Part shown: positions 1 to 8,555 of the stretch, in pieces
Layout of the letters: every line of letters begins with the position of its first letter
How positions within the stretch are numbered: the stretch's first letter is position 1
Assembly (NCBI GenBank): GCA_036521195.1
Contig: DATDID010000039.1
Location: 76,241-140,240, forward strand
DNA: 64,000 nt
Reading direction: 5' to 3'
Origin: Candidatus Dormiibacterota bacterium
Lineage (GTDB): Bacteria; Chloroflexota; Dormibacteria; Aeolococcales; Aeolococcaceae
The notes under the pieces: model-generated
The model's input: the letters and a program-made list of their open reading frames with translations, nothing else
What the model was told of the DNA's origin: nothing
Databases searched by the model: none
Program-made: the position numbers and the translations under genes

Positions 1-572
1 TCCGCCCCGGCGATCCGGCGTCGGAGGCGACGCTTCGCTACCTCGACCAGCGCGGCATCGCGTACACCAAGCGCGACGTGCTCAGCGACCCGTCGGCAAC
101 CGCCATCCTCTTCGGGCGTCTCGGAAAGGTGGTCGTGCCGGTGGTCCAGGTGGGCGATCGTCTGCTCGTCGGCCACGATCCCGTGCAGCTGGCGCGCTTC
201 CTGCCGCGCCCGGAGTCCGAGGAGCAGCACGTCGCCTTTGGAGCGTCGGTGCGAACCGTCACCGCCGAGATTGCGATCGAGAAAGGCCTGCCCTCCACGT
301 ACGGCGTCGAGGTCGGGCAGGTCAGGCCGGGCTCGCCGGCCGAGGCCGCGACAATCCACCCGGGCGACGTGATCACCGGGATCGGTCCGTACACGGTCAA
401 CGGCGGCGCCGACCAGTTCCGGCGAGCCGTTGCGCTCCGTCAGCCGGGCGACACCATGATGCTCACCATCTGGCGGTCCGGCGAGTCCTTCGAGGTCGCG
501 GTCGCGTTCCCGAACGAGATCCCCCCCGAGCTCGCGGTCGACGGCGCCCCGAAGGACGAGCCGCCGGTCTGA
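1..572 (+). CDS. Glutaredoxin-like / PDZ domain fusion protein (5' end cut by window edge)
   Basis: The frame of ORF 78..572 stays open back to the window start. The N-terminal part (YLDQRGIAYTKRDVLSDP...VPVVQVGDRLLVGHDPVQLARFL) matches the C-terminal half of glutaredoxin/NrdH-like proteins. The C-terminal part (GSPAEAATIHPGDVITGIG...GDTMMLTIWRSGESFEV) is PDZ-like. Confidence 0.7.
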   Translation, partial: RPGDPASEATLRYLDQRGIAYTKRDVLSDPSATAILFGRLGKVVVPVVQVGDRLLVGHDPVQLARFLPRPESEEQHVAFGASVRTVTAEIAIEKGLPSTYGVEVGQVRPGSPAEAATIHPGDVITGIGPYTVNGGADQFRRAVALRQPGDTMMLTIWRSGESFEVAVAFPNEIPPELAVDGAPKDEPPV

Positions 573-620
573 GCCCGGCACCTGGCTCACACACAGGCCG
601 GCTCGCGCGTTTGATATGCA

Positions 621-1103
621 GTGAGCACGGTGAGACCGACCCAACTCCCCCCGTTCCAGCGCGTCTTTGACGACCACTCCGGCGCCGTCCTCTCCTTCCT
701 CCTCGGAGCGATCGGGCCTTCAGAGGCGGAGGACTGCTTCCAGGAGACGATGCTCAGCGCGCTTCGCGCCTACCCCCGGCTCGTCGACGCCACCAACCTG
801 CGTGGCTGGCTGTTCACGATTGCTCGCCGCAAGGTGATCGACGCCAGGCGCGCGATGGCCCGGAGGCCCACCCCGATCGCCGACCCCGACCCGGGGGCAG
901 CGCCCACTGCCGAATCAGACATCGACGAAGGGCTCTGGGACGACGTGCGAAGCCTGCCGGTGAAGCAGCGCCGCGCGGTGGTGCTTCGATTCGCCGGCGA
1001 TCGCAGCTATCCGGAGATCGCGGAGGCGATGTCCACCACGCAGGACTCGGCGCGCCAGAGCGTCCACGAGGGCCTCAAGAAGCTCAGGAGGGATCGCACA
1101 TGA
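621..1103 (+). CDS. ECF-type sigma-70 family RNA polymerase sigma factor
   Basis: 160 aa. Region 2 is FQETMLSALRAYPRL...LRGWLFTIARRKVIDARR. Region 4 is LPVKQRRAVVLRFAGDRSYPEIAEAMSTTQDSARQSVHEGLKKLR. GTG start. Confidence 0.85.
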   Translation: MSTVRPTQLPPFQRVFDDHSGAVLSFLLGAIGPSEAEDCFQETMLSALRAYPRLVDATNLRGWLFTIARRKVIDARRAMARRPTPIADPDPGAAPTAESDIDEGLWDDVRSLPVKQRRAVVLRFAGDRSYPEIAEAMSTTQDSARQSVHEGLKKLRRDRT

Positions 1104-1672
1104 CCGCCAATGAAGCGACTGTCAACCAGGCGCTGGCATCCCGATTCGTCGACCGCGCGGAAGCGAGCGGGCTCATCGACGTGGCAGTCACGACCATGGA
1201 CAGCCCGATCGGCACGCTCTTGCTCATGGCCACTCGACGCGGTCTTGTCCGCGTCGCGTTCGAGAGCGAGAACCGTGACGAGGTCTTCGGCGAGGTTGCC
1301 ACCAACCTCTCGCCGCGGATCCTCGAAGCGCCACGCCGCCTCGATCCGGTGCGCCGCGAGCTCGACAGCTACTTCAGCGGTCGCCTCCAGGACTTCGACC
1401 TCGACCTCGACTGGTCGCTGGTGGGACCCTTCGCGCAGCGCGTGCTTCGCCGGACCGCCCGCATCCCGTACGGATCGGTCGCCAGCTACGGCGATGTCGC
1501 GCACGAGATCGGCTCGCCGCGAGCGGCGCGAGCCGTTGGCAACGCGCTCGGCTCGAACCCGATTCCCGTCGTCGTGCCGTGCCACCGCGTGGTCCGCACG
1601 GGCGGCAACATCGGAGGGTACGGCGGCGGGCTCCCGCGCAAGCGCTGGTTGCTGGACCTCGAGACGAGCTGA
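1100..1672 (+). CDS. ogt: Methylated-DNA-protein-cysteine S-methyltransferase (MGMT/Ogt family)
   Basis: Active-site PCHRVV is present, with IPYGSVASYGDVA...RAVGNALGSNPIPVVVPCHRVV before it. The N-terminal SPIGTLLL domain is present. ATGA overlap with the sigma gene stop. Confidence 0.9.
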   Translation: MTANEATVNQALASRFVDRAEASGLIDVAVTTMDSPIGTLLLMATRRGLVRVAFESENRDEVFGEVATNLSPRILEAPRRLDPVRRELDSYFSGRLQDFDLDLDWSLVGPFAQRVLRRTARIPYGSVASYGDVAHEIGSPRAARAVGNALGSNPIPVVVPCHRVVRTGGNIGGYGGGLPRKRWLLDLETS

Positions 1673-1681
1673 GACAGCCGG

Positions 1682-1936
1682 CTACCAGCCGGGCGGCGGC
1701 TCGCTCCGGTTCAGCAGGCGAACGAAATCCTCGGCGCGCGCAACCGCCTCCCACCGCCGCGAGAAGAAGTCCTGCGTGATCATCCGGTTGTCGGCGATCG
1801 AGGTCACCGTGACCGCCCATTGATTGAGGGCTCGAGAGACCTCAACCTCGTGGGTACCGCCTTCATTGCGCATGACCACACCGCTTGCGGCCGGCCGGCG
1901 TCCACGGTCGTTGCGTCGAGAGGACGCCATAGCCAT
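1682..1936 (-). CDS. Small hypothetical protein (84 aa)
   Basis: An internal ATG at 1936 is preceded by GGAGGTG with a 6-nt spacer. It lies downstream of DUF72 on the same strand. I recognised no family. Confidence 0.4.
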   Translation of the reverse strand: MAMASSRRNDRGRRPAASGVVMRNEGGTHEVEVSRALNQWAVTVTSIADNRMITQDFFSRRWEAVARAEDFVRLLNRSEPPPGW

Positions 1937-2008
1937 CGTGAACACCTCCAATACAAATCCGCCCGGCAGAGCCGGTTCGCCCGGACCATTGTCCCCCAAA
2001 CGGGTGCC

Positions 2009-3004
2009 TCAAAGCGAGAGGCTGAGCTGGCTCCCGCCGTCGTTCTTTTCCCCTCCCCCGGTGATCGGCGCGGGCGGAGTCGGGATCGGCGTCGAGGTCT
2101 CCACCCACTCGGGAACGGTCCCGTCCCGCTCGCGGAGCGTCTCGATCACGGGCTGCGGCGGGCGCGGCAGTCCGACCCCGAGCATCGCCCCGAAGTCGAA
2201 TGCGTTGACGACTGCGTAGTTGCTCTTGTTGTTGTTCAGGAGGACGTGAACGGGGACTCCGTCGTCGCTGGCGGCGCGGATGGCCGGGATCCACTCCGCA
2301 AGCTCGGCCGGGGTGTACAGGTAGTTGAAGCGGTCTCCGCTCGTCGGGCCGCCGGAATACCACGTCTGGCGATTGCGCCCGTGGAACCGCGCGATGCAGA
2401 GGCGGCGCGACGTGATGGCAAGGAGTGGCGGCGCCGTTGCGCTCCCGATCTGCGGGGCGTCAACCCCCACGTAGACGAAGTCCAGCTCGCGCAGCAGGTC
2501 TTCTGTCGCCGGCCAGGCGTCGCCGTCAAACCAGGATCGATGCCGGAACTCGATGGCGAGCAGGTCGTCCGGATGGCGGTCGCGCGCAGCCAGCAACCAT
2601 TCACGGGCTTCGGGACGGTTCGTGAACCAGGGCGGGAACTGGTAGTGGACGGCGACGAGCTTGCCGCTGGCACGGAGCGGCGCCAGCGCGGCCATGAAGT
2701 CGCGCTCCTCGTCGGGCGTCGGCTGCCGGGGCCGCCCCTCCTCGCGTTCGTGCCCGGTGAGGCTGCGGTATGCCTTGATGTTGAAGCGGAACTGCTGCGG
2801 GGTTCGCTCGACCCAGGCCTCCACAACTGGGGGACGCGGGATGCCGTAGAACGTCGTGTCGATCTCGACGATCGGGAAGTACTGCGCGTAGAAGGACAGC
2901 TTCTCCCGTTGCCGTCGCCCGCGCTCCAGCTCCGGAGGATAGAAGTCGGTGTGATCGGCCCAGTTGCAGGTGCCGACAGCGATGGGCGCACCCAATTTGA
3001 ACAA
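2009..3004 (-). CDS. DUF72 (UPF0759) family protein
   Basis: CNWADHTDFYPPEL...LSFYAQYFPIVEIDTTFYGIP...FRFNIKAYRSLTGH is the typical DUF72 N-terminal pattern. There is a Pro/Gly-rich C-terminal tail. Confidence 0.8.
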   Translation of the reverse strand: MFKLGAPIAVGTCNWADHTDFYPPELERGRRQREKLSFYAQYFPIVEIDTTFYGIPRPPVVEAWVERTPQQFRFNIKAYRSLTGHEREEGRPRQPTPDEERDFMAALAPLRASGKLVAVHYQFPPWFTNRPEAREWLLAARDRHPDDLLAIEFRHRSWFDGDAWPATEDLLRELDFVYVGVDAPQIGSATAPPLLAITSRRLCIARFHGRNRQTWYSGGPTSGDRFNYLYTPAELAEWIPAIRAASDDGVPVHVLLNNNKSNYAVVNAFDFGAMLGVGLPRPPQPVIETLRERDGTVPEWVETSTPIPTPPAPITGGGEKNDGGSQLSLSL

Positions 3005-3101
3005 ACAGTAACGAAGCCGTCACCGAAGCTGGCGATTGCATTGGATCAACTCGCCATACGATCGCGACGGTGCAGCGCAAGGCGGAGATTTCAACGACGC
3101 G

Positions 3102-5711
3102 ATGACGCCACTGGTGCATCGCCTACGGGCTGGTTTCAGCCGGCGGACGCGTGTCGATCCGCGACTGTGGATTTTTGGCGCCCTCCTGGTGGCCATCGGG
3201 ACAGCACTGTGGATCGGCTACGACGCGGGACTCCCGGCGTACGAGACGCCGACCCTTCCGTGGTGGGCGTACGCCGGGGCATTCTTCATCGCCGCCCGCC
3301 TCGCCGCCATGGACAGTCCGCGGCGCGGCACGCAGGCGATCACCATGGCGGCCGCACCGTTTGTGGTCGGGCTCTTCCACGCCACTCCCTCGGATCTCCT
3401 CCTGGGCTACGTCGTCGGCACGGGCCTGTCGTCCGCGATGCGGAGACCATTCGCCCTCTGGCAGACGGCGTTCGATCTCGTCAAATTCGTGGTCTTCGCC
3501 TCGATCGGCATCTGGATGTTCCGGCTGATCGCCGGGAGCCCGAGCCTTCCGGTCTGGCACAGCGCGCTCGCCGCCATCGCCGCGACGATCATCACCGTCA
3601 TGCGCCGCGGCATCTCCGAGGCGATCCTGCTCCGCCCGCGCGATCGTCACTCGTGGATCGCTGTCGGCTACCACCTGGGATCGGCATATGTCGCCGCGGG
3701 GACGTCGATGTGCATCGGGCTCATCGCCGTACGGCTCATACCGGTCGACCGTGCGGCGCTCGTTCCCCTGACGGTGGTCACCATCGCGGTCCTCATGACG
3801 CACCGGGCGTGGGTCCGCGAGCGCTACGACCACGAGGCCGCGGAGTTCCTGATCGGAGCCGTCGATGCCCTGGCCGGACGCGAGCTGGAGCCGTCGATCG
3901 TGCTGTTGCTCAACCGCGCCCGGGCGATCTTTCACGCAGAGATCGCGCAGCTCACCGTGTTCCCCTCGCAACCCAATGAAAAGGCGTTTCGCACCACGGT
4001 GCGCAAGGGATTCCCGGACGAGGTCATGGTGCCGCTCGGACTTGGTGAGCTCGACGATGTGCTCGAGGCCGAGACCGCCGGCGTCATCGTTCGCGTCGGA
4101 GCGGCCGATGATCCGAGCGCGCAGATGCTCGAACGCAGGGGCGTTCGCGAGGCGATGGTCGCGTTGCTCCGCGGTGAGTCGCGAATGATCGGCAGCCTCA
4201 TGGTCGGCGGACACCTCGACGCACGCGACTACGACCAGCGCGATCTCAAGCTGTTCCGCACGCTCGCGACGCGCACGACGGTGATCCTCGAGAACAGCCG
4301 TATGGAGCGTTCGATCGCGCGGCTGACCGAGCTGCAGGAACAACTCACGCATCAGGCATACCACGACTCGCTCACCGACCTCGCGAACCGGACGCTGTTC
4401 GGACAGCACATCGACCTGGCGCTGACGCGCAGCGCGGCGGGCAGCTCGACCGTTGCCGTCATCTTCCTCGACATCGACGACTTCAAAGGCGTCAACGACA
4501 CGCTCGGCCACGCCGCGGGCGATGCCCTGCTCGTCGAGGTTGCGGCGCGGATTCGCTCGTGCCTGCGCCGCCCGGACACCGCCGCGCGCCTCGGTGGCGA
4601 CGAGTTCGCCGTCCTGATCGAAGGGGTCGACAGCGTCGTCGAAGCGGAGCACGTGGCTCGCCGCGTGCTGGAGACATTGCGCCGTCCGTTCGTCGTGATC
4701 GGCAACACCATCAGCGTGCGCGCCTCGCTGGGCATCGCCGTTGCGGACAATGTTGTCGACAACGCGACAAGCCTCATGCGTCATGCCGATGTTGCGATGT
4801 ATGCCGCAAAGGGTTCAGGACGCGACCGCTACGTGCTCTTCGCGCCGGGCATGGAGAGTGACGTCGTGCACCGGCGCCAGCTGCGCGGCGAGCTCGAGCG
4901 TGCGATGGAGGAGGAGCAGTTCATCCTCCACTACCAGCCGGTCGTCAACCTCATCACCGGCGAGATCTCGGCAGTGGAGGCACTGGTCCGCTGGCGCCAT
5001 CCCACGCGCGGGATCGTTGCCCCCGGCGAGTTCATCCACGTCGCGGAGGAGAGCCGTCTCATCCTGCCGCTCGGCGCTTTCGTGCTACGCACGGCCTGTA
5101 CGACAGCGCTCCGGCTGCAGCAGGAGTGCCCGCAGGAGCCGCCACTGTCGGTGTGCGTGAACGTGTCGGTGATTCAGCTCAACAGCACGACATTCGTCCA
5201 GGACGTGCTGCGCACCGTCAGTGAGGTCGGGCTGCCCCCCGAGACGCTCATCCTCGAGCTCACGGAGTCGATGCTGCTCGAGGACACCGAGCTCGTCTCG
5301 GCGAAGCTCGAGGCGCTGCGTCGTAAAGGCATTCGCATCGCGATCGACGATTTCGGCACCGGGTACTCGTCTTTGAGCTATCTGCGCCGGCTGCCGGTCG
5401 ACATCCTGAAGATCGCCAAGCCCTTCGTCGACGACCTCGGCAGCGGCGCCGACGAGGATTTCACCCGAGCCATCGTCAGCCTCGCCGAAGCGCTGCAGGT
5501 GCAGGTCGTCGCGGAAGGCATCGAGGCGGCGTCGCAGGTGACGCGGCTGCTGCAGCTCGGCTGCCTCTCGGGTCAGGGATTTCACCTCTGTCACCCGCTC
5601 CCGGAAGGCGAGATCGAGCAGCTCCTCCGTCACGGTGGCGTCGACCGGATGAGGCTGAGAGCCGAGCCCGTGTCTGCTGACAACGTCGTTCCGCTGCGGC
5701 TGAGCCGGTAA
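3102..5711 (+). CDS. Multi-TM sensor with GAF-like, GGDEF and EAL domains (diguanylate cyclase/phosphodiesterase)
   Basis: About 7 predicted TM helices. Motifs seen: RRPD I-site plus GGDEF (ARLGGDEFAVL), DIDDFKGVND, EALVRWRHP, ELTE, DDFGTGYSS, EGIE. The start is uncertain: 3036 (TTG) or ATG 3102. Confidence 0.85.
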   Translation: MTPLVHRLRAGFSRRTRVDPRLWIFGALLVAIGTALWIGYDAGLPAYETPTLPWWAYAGAFFIAARLAAMDSPRRGTQAITMAAAPFVVGLFHATPSDLLLGYVVGTGLSSAMRRPFALWQTAFDLVKFVVFASIGIWMFRLIAGSPSLPVWHSALAAIAATIITVMRRGISEAILLRPRDRHSWIAVGYHLGSAYVAAGTSMCIGLIAVRLIPVDRAALVPLTVVTIAVLMTHRAWVRERYDHEAAEFLIGAVDALAGRELEPSIVLLLNRARAIFHAEIAQLTVFPSQPNEKAFRTTVRKGFPDEVMVPLGLGELDDVLEAETAGVIVRVGAADDPSAQMLERRGVREAMVALLRGESRMIGSLMVGGHLDARDYDQRDLKLFRTLATRTTVILENSRMERSIARLTELQEQLTHQAYHDSLTDLANRTLFGQHIDLALTRSAAGSSTVAVIFLDIDDFKGVNDTLGHAAGDALLVEVAARIRSCLRRPDTAARLGGDEFAVLIEGVDSVVEAEHVARRVLETLRRPFVVIGNTISVRASLGIAVADNVVDNATSLMRHADVAMYAAKGSGRDRYVLFAPGMESDVVHRRQLRGELERAMEEEQFILHYQPVVNLITGEISAVEALVRWRHPTRGIVAPGEFIHVAEESRLILPLGAFVLRTACTTALRLQQECPQEPPLSVCVNVSVIQLNSTTFVQDVLRTVSEVGLPPETLILELTESMLLEDTELVSAKLEALRRKGIRIAIDDFGTGYSSLSYLRRLPVDILKIAKPFVDDLGSGADEDFTRAIVSLAEALQVQVVAEGIEAASQVTRLLQLGCLSGQGFHLCHPLPEGEIEQLLRHGGVDRMRLRAEPVSADNVVPLRLSR

Positions 5712-7729
5712 TGGGAACCGCCTTGCTCGTCCTGCTCGTGATCGCGGTCATCGCCGTCGGCGTCGCCGGTGTCGCGTGGGCAGCCGTCCGCCGCGATGGG
5801 ACAAGCCTCGGCTTCGTGCACGGCGCTGGAGTCGCGCTGCTCGAGGCGCGTGACCTCGACGGCGCGTCCGTCGACCTGCTCCGCCGTGCGGCCGCGAAGT
5901 TCAACGCCGAATGCGCCGAACTCACGCTCATCCCGGAGGCCGGCAATCCAGCGGCCTTCAGGACGACCCTGCGCGGCTCGGAGCCGGTGGACGTGATGCG
6001 CCCCGTCGACCTCGAGGACGACGGGACCGCTGCACTGGCCCCGCCCATCTTCGGGGTCGTTCACCTAGCTTCCGCGGCCGCTGATCCCTGGGTCGCACGG
6101 CTGACCACGCGTCTCAACATCACCGGTGGCCTGGCGGTCTCGCTGCGCGTCGACGGCCGAGCCATCGGCTATCTCGCGCTCGGCATCAGCCGGCTCGACC
6201 GCCCGACGGCCCGCGCAGACGACCAGACCCTCCAGGACCTGGCCAACCTCGCTGCACTGACGCTGGAACGGAGCCGCCTGCACGACGCGCTGGCGCGCCT
6301 CACGGCGCTGCAGAACGAGCTCGCCGACCGAGCGTTCCACGACCCGCTCACCCACCTCGCCAATCCCGCGCTGTTCATCGACCGCATGGAGCGCGCACTC
6401 CTCGAGCGCGACCCGGAACGCCACGTCGTCAGCGTCATCTACGTCGAACTCGCGGATTTCCGCAGGATCAATGCCAAGCTCGGGCACACCGCCGGCGATG
6501 CCGTGCTCATCGAGGTCGGCCGTCGCCTGCGCGAATGCCTGCGGCGCACCGATACCGCCGCGCGGCTCGGAGGCGACGAGTTCGCGTTGCTCCTGCCCGA
6601 GGTCCTCCACCCCCGCGAGGCGGAGCTGATCGCGCAGCGCGTCGTCGAAACGCTCGCCCTCCCCGTCGACGTCGACGGCGGTCACGTATCAGTGGTCGCG
6701 TCGGTCGGGCTCGCGTCGGCAAACAGCGCGGACATCCCGGCGGCACTCCTGCTGCGCAACGCCACTGACGCTGCCGGCGAGGCCCGGGATGCGGGCGCGA
6801 CCGGCTTCCGCGTCCACGGTGGCATCGCGGCCGGCCCTGTGGACTCGGTGCTGCCGCAGGAGTTGCAGACGGCGCTCGACACCGGCGAGTTCGTCGTGCA
6901 CTACCAGCCGATCGTCGAGCTCAAGACCGGCCGGATCCTCGGCGCTGAGGCACTGGTGCGCTGGCAGCACCCGGTCCGCGGGCTGCTCGCCCCGATCGAT
7001 TTCCTGTCCGTCGCGATCGAGTGCGGCCTCGCCGAGAAGATCGAGGAGTTCGTGCTGCGCAGAGCGTGCCAGCAACTTCGCCGGTGGCAGAACGCCTATC
7101 CCGCGACGCCGGAGCTGGCGATCTCGGTCAACGTCTCGGCCGGCGCGCTCGGCAAGCGCGAGCTTGTCCAGCGGGTCAGCAAGTGCCTCGAGGAGGTGCA
7201 GGTGGATCCGGCCTGCCTGATCCTCGAGGTGACCGAAAACGTCGTGCTCCAGGACCTGCACGGCACCATCGCCGCTTTCGATGCGCTGCAGCGTGCCGGC
7301 GTGCATGTCGCCATCGATAACGTCGGCACCGGCTACACGTCGCTCGCGTACCTGCGCCGCCTTCCCATCGACATCCTCAAGATCGCGCGTCCGCTGGTCG
7401 CGGAGCTTGGAGATCCCACCTCGAGCGGTGAGCTCGCGGCGACCGTCGTCCGGCATGGCGAGGCGCTGCGCCTTGCGCTCGTGGCCGAAGGCGTCGAGAC
7501 GCCCCTCCAGGTCGAGCGCCTCAACGCGCTGGGCTGCGGCATGGCGCAGGGATTCCATCTCGCTCGCCCGTGCGACGTCGAGGCGATGGAGACGTTGCTC
7601 GCCCGTGGCGGCCTCGACCCGGCGCAGTTCATGCGCACGGCGCCGCTCGCCCGCTCGGTTCCACGAAAGAAGACACCTCGGCCGCGGCGGGTACCCTCAT
7701 CGCGTGCAGCAGCGCGAAACCCTGCGTGA
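5711..7729 (+). CDS. Single-TM GAF-like GGDEF-EAL protein, paralog of the upstream gene with partly degenerate catalytic motifs
   Basis: TAATG 1-nt overlap with the upstream stop. GGDEF and RRTD I-site are intact, and EALVRWQHP is present. VELADFRRINA replaces LDIDDFKGVND, and DNVGTGYTS replaces DDFGTGYSS. Confidence 0.85.
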   Translation: MGTALLVLLVIAVIAVGVAGVAWAAVRRDGTSLGFVHGAGVALLEARDLDGASVDLLRRAAAKFNAECAELTLIPEAGNPAAFRTTLRGSEPVDVMRPVDLEDDGTAALAPPIFGVVHLASAAADPWVARLTTRLNITGGLAVSLRVDGRAIGYLALGISRLDRPTARADDQTLQDLANLAALTLERSRLHDALARLTALQNELADRAFHDPLTHLANPALFIDRMERALLERDPERHVVSVIYVELADFRRINAKLGHTAGDAVLIEVGRRLRECLRRTDTAARLGGDEFALLLPEVLHPREAELIAQRVVETLALPVDVDGGHVSVVASVGLASANSADIPAALLLRNATDAAGEARDAGATGFRVHGGIAAGPVDSVLPQELQTALDTGEFVVHYQPIVELKTGRILGAEALVRWQHPVRGLLAPIDFLSVAIECGLAEKIEEFVLRRACQQLRRWQNAYPATPELAISVNVSAGALGKRELVQRVSKCLEEVQVDPACLILEVTENVVLQDLHGTIAAFDALQRAGVHVAIDNVGTGYTSLAYLRRLPIDILKIARPLVAELGDPTSSGELAATVVRHGEALRLALVAEGVETPLQVERLNALGCGMAQGFHLARPCDVEAMETLLARGGLDPAQFMRTAPLARSVPRKKTPRPRRVPSSRAAARNPA

Positions 7730-8483
7730 GCTTGCCGTCACCGCGGCGGCGGCAGCGGCTGCCCACGTCGTTCGCGCTCACGCCGGCTCGGGCCCGCTGA
7801 CCACCGAGGTCAAGAGCCCCGGGGACTACGTCACCGAAGTCGATCGCGCTGCCGAGCAGGCCGCGATCCAGGTGCTCCGATCGGGTGCGCCTGACATCTC
7901 CATCCTTGCGGAGGAGGCCGGCGGGGTCAGCGCCGAGCGGATGTGGGTCGTTGACCCGATCGACGGGACCACCAACTTCCTGCGGGGCTTCCCGGTGGTG
8001 GGGGTCAGTATTGCGCTCGTCGAGGCCGGGCGACCCGTCGTCGGAGCGGTGAACGCGCCGCTGCTGGGCGCCTCCTGGAGCGCCGCGGAGGGACAAGGAG
8101 CAGTGGACAACCGTGGGCGGAGTCTCGCCGTGTCGAGCCACCCCGGAGCCGGCATCGTCGCGACGGGATTCCCGTTCCGTCGCAAGGAGCGTCTGCCGCG
8201 GTACTTCGGCGTTTTCGAGCAGGCGCTCACCCGTTTCGAGGACCTGCGCCGCGCGGGGGCAGCCAGCCTTGATCTCGCGTATGTCGGCGCCGGCGTCTTC
8301 GACGGGTTCTTCGAGCTCGGTCTGGGGATCTGGGACATCGCTGCGGGTGCCCTGCTCGTCCGCGAAGCCGGCGGCGTGGTGACCGACTGGGCGGGCGACG
8401 CCGACGCGGTCTTCGTCAGCGGCGACATCCTCGCCGGCACACCGGCCTGGCACGCGGCCATGCTCGAGATCATCGCCGCGTAA
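7704..8483 (+). CDS. Inositol monophosphatase family protein (SuhB/ImpA/CysQ-like)
   Basis: ILAEEAGG...WVVDPIDGTTNFLRGFP and WDIAAG motifs. An in-frame GTG at 7704 is chosen because the longer ORF from 7281 overlaps the EAL gene. Confidence 0.8.
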   Translation: MQQRETLRELAVTAAAAAAAHVVRAHAGSGPLTTEVKSPGDYVTEVDRAAEQAAIQVLRSGAPDISILAEEAGGVSAERMWVVDPIDGTTNFLRGFPVVGVSIALVEAGRPVVGAVNAPLLGASWSAAEGQGAVDNRGRSLAVSSHPGAGIVATGFPFRRKERLPRYFGVFEQALTRFEDLRRAGAASLDLAYVGAGVFDGFFELGLGIWDIAAGALLVREAGGVVTDWAGDADAVFVSGDILAGTPAWHAAMLEIIAA

Positions 8484-8555
8484 CTGCGCCGCCCCGTCCG
8501 ACACTTATGCCGTCACCACACCAATGTCGTCCAGGATCGTTAAGGTACGTCGCTT

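Noticed and set aside
1820-3979. 719-aa + strand ORF spanning the DUF72 gene and the start of the GGDEF-EAL gene
   Set aside because: Its composition is extremely Arg/Pro/Gly/Ala-rich and it has no motifs. It is antisense to the clearly recognisable DUF72 ORF and out of frame with the GGDEF-EAL ORF. This is a typical stop-poor alternative frame in ~70% GC DNA.
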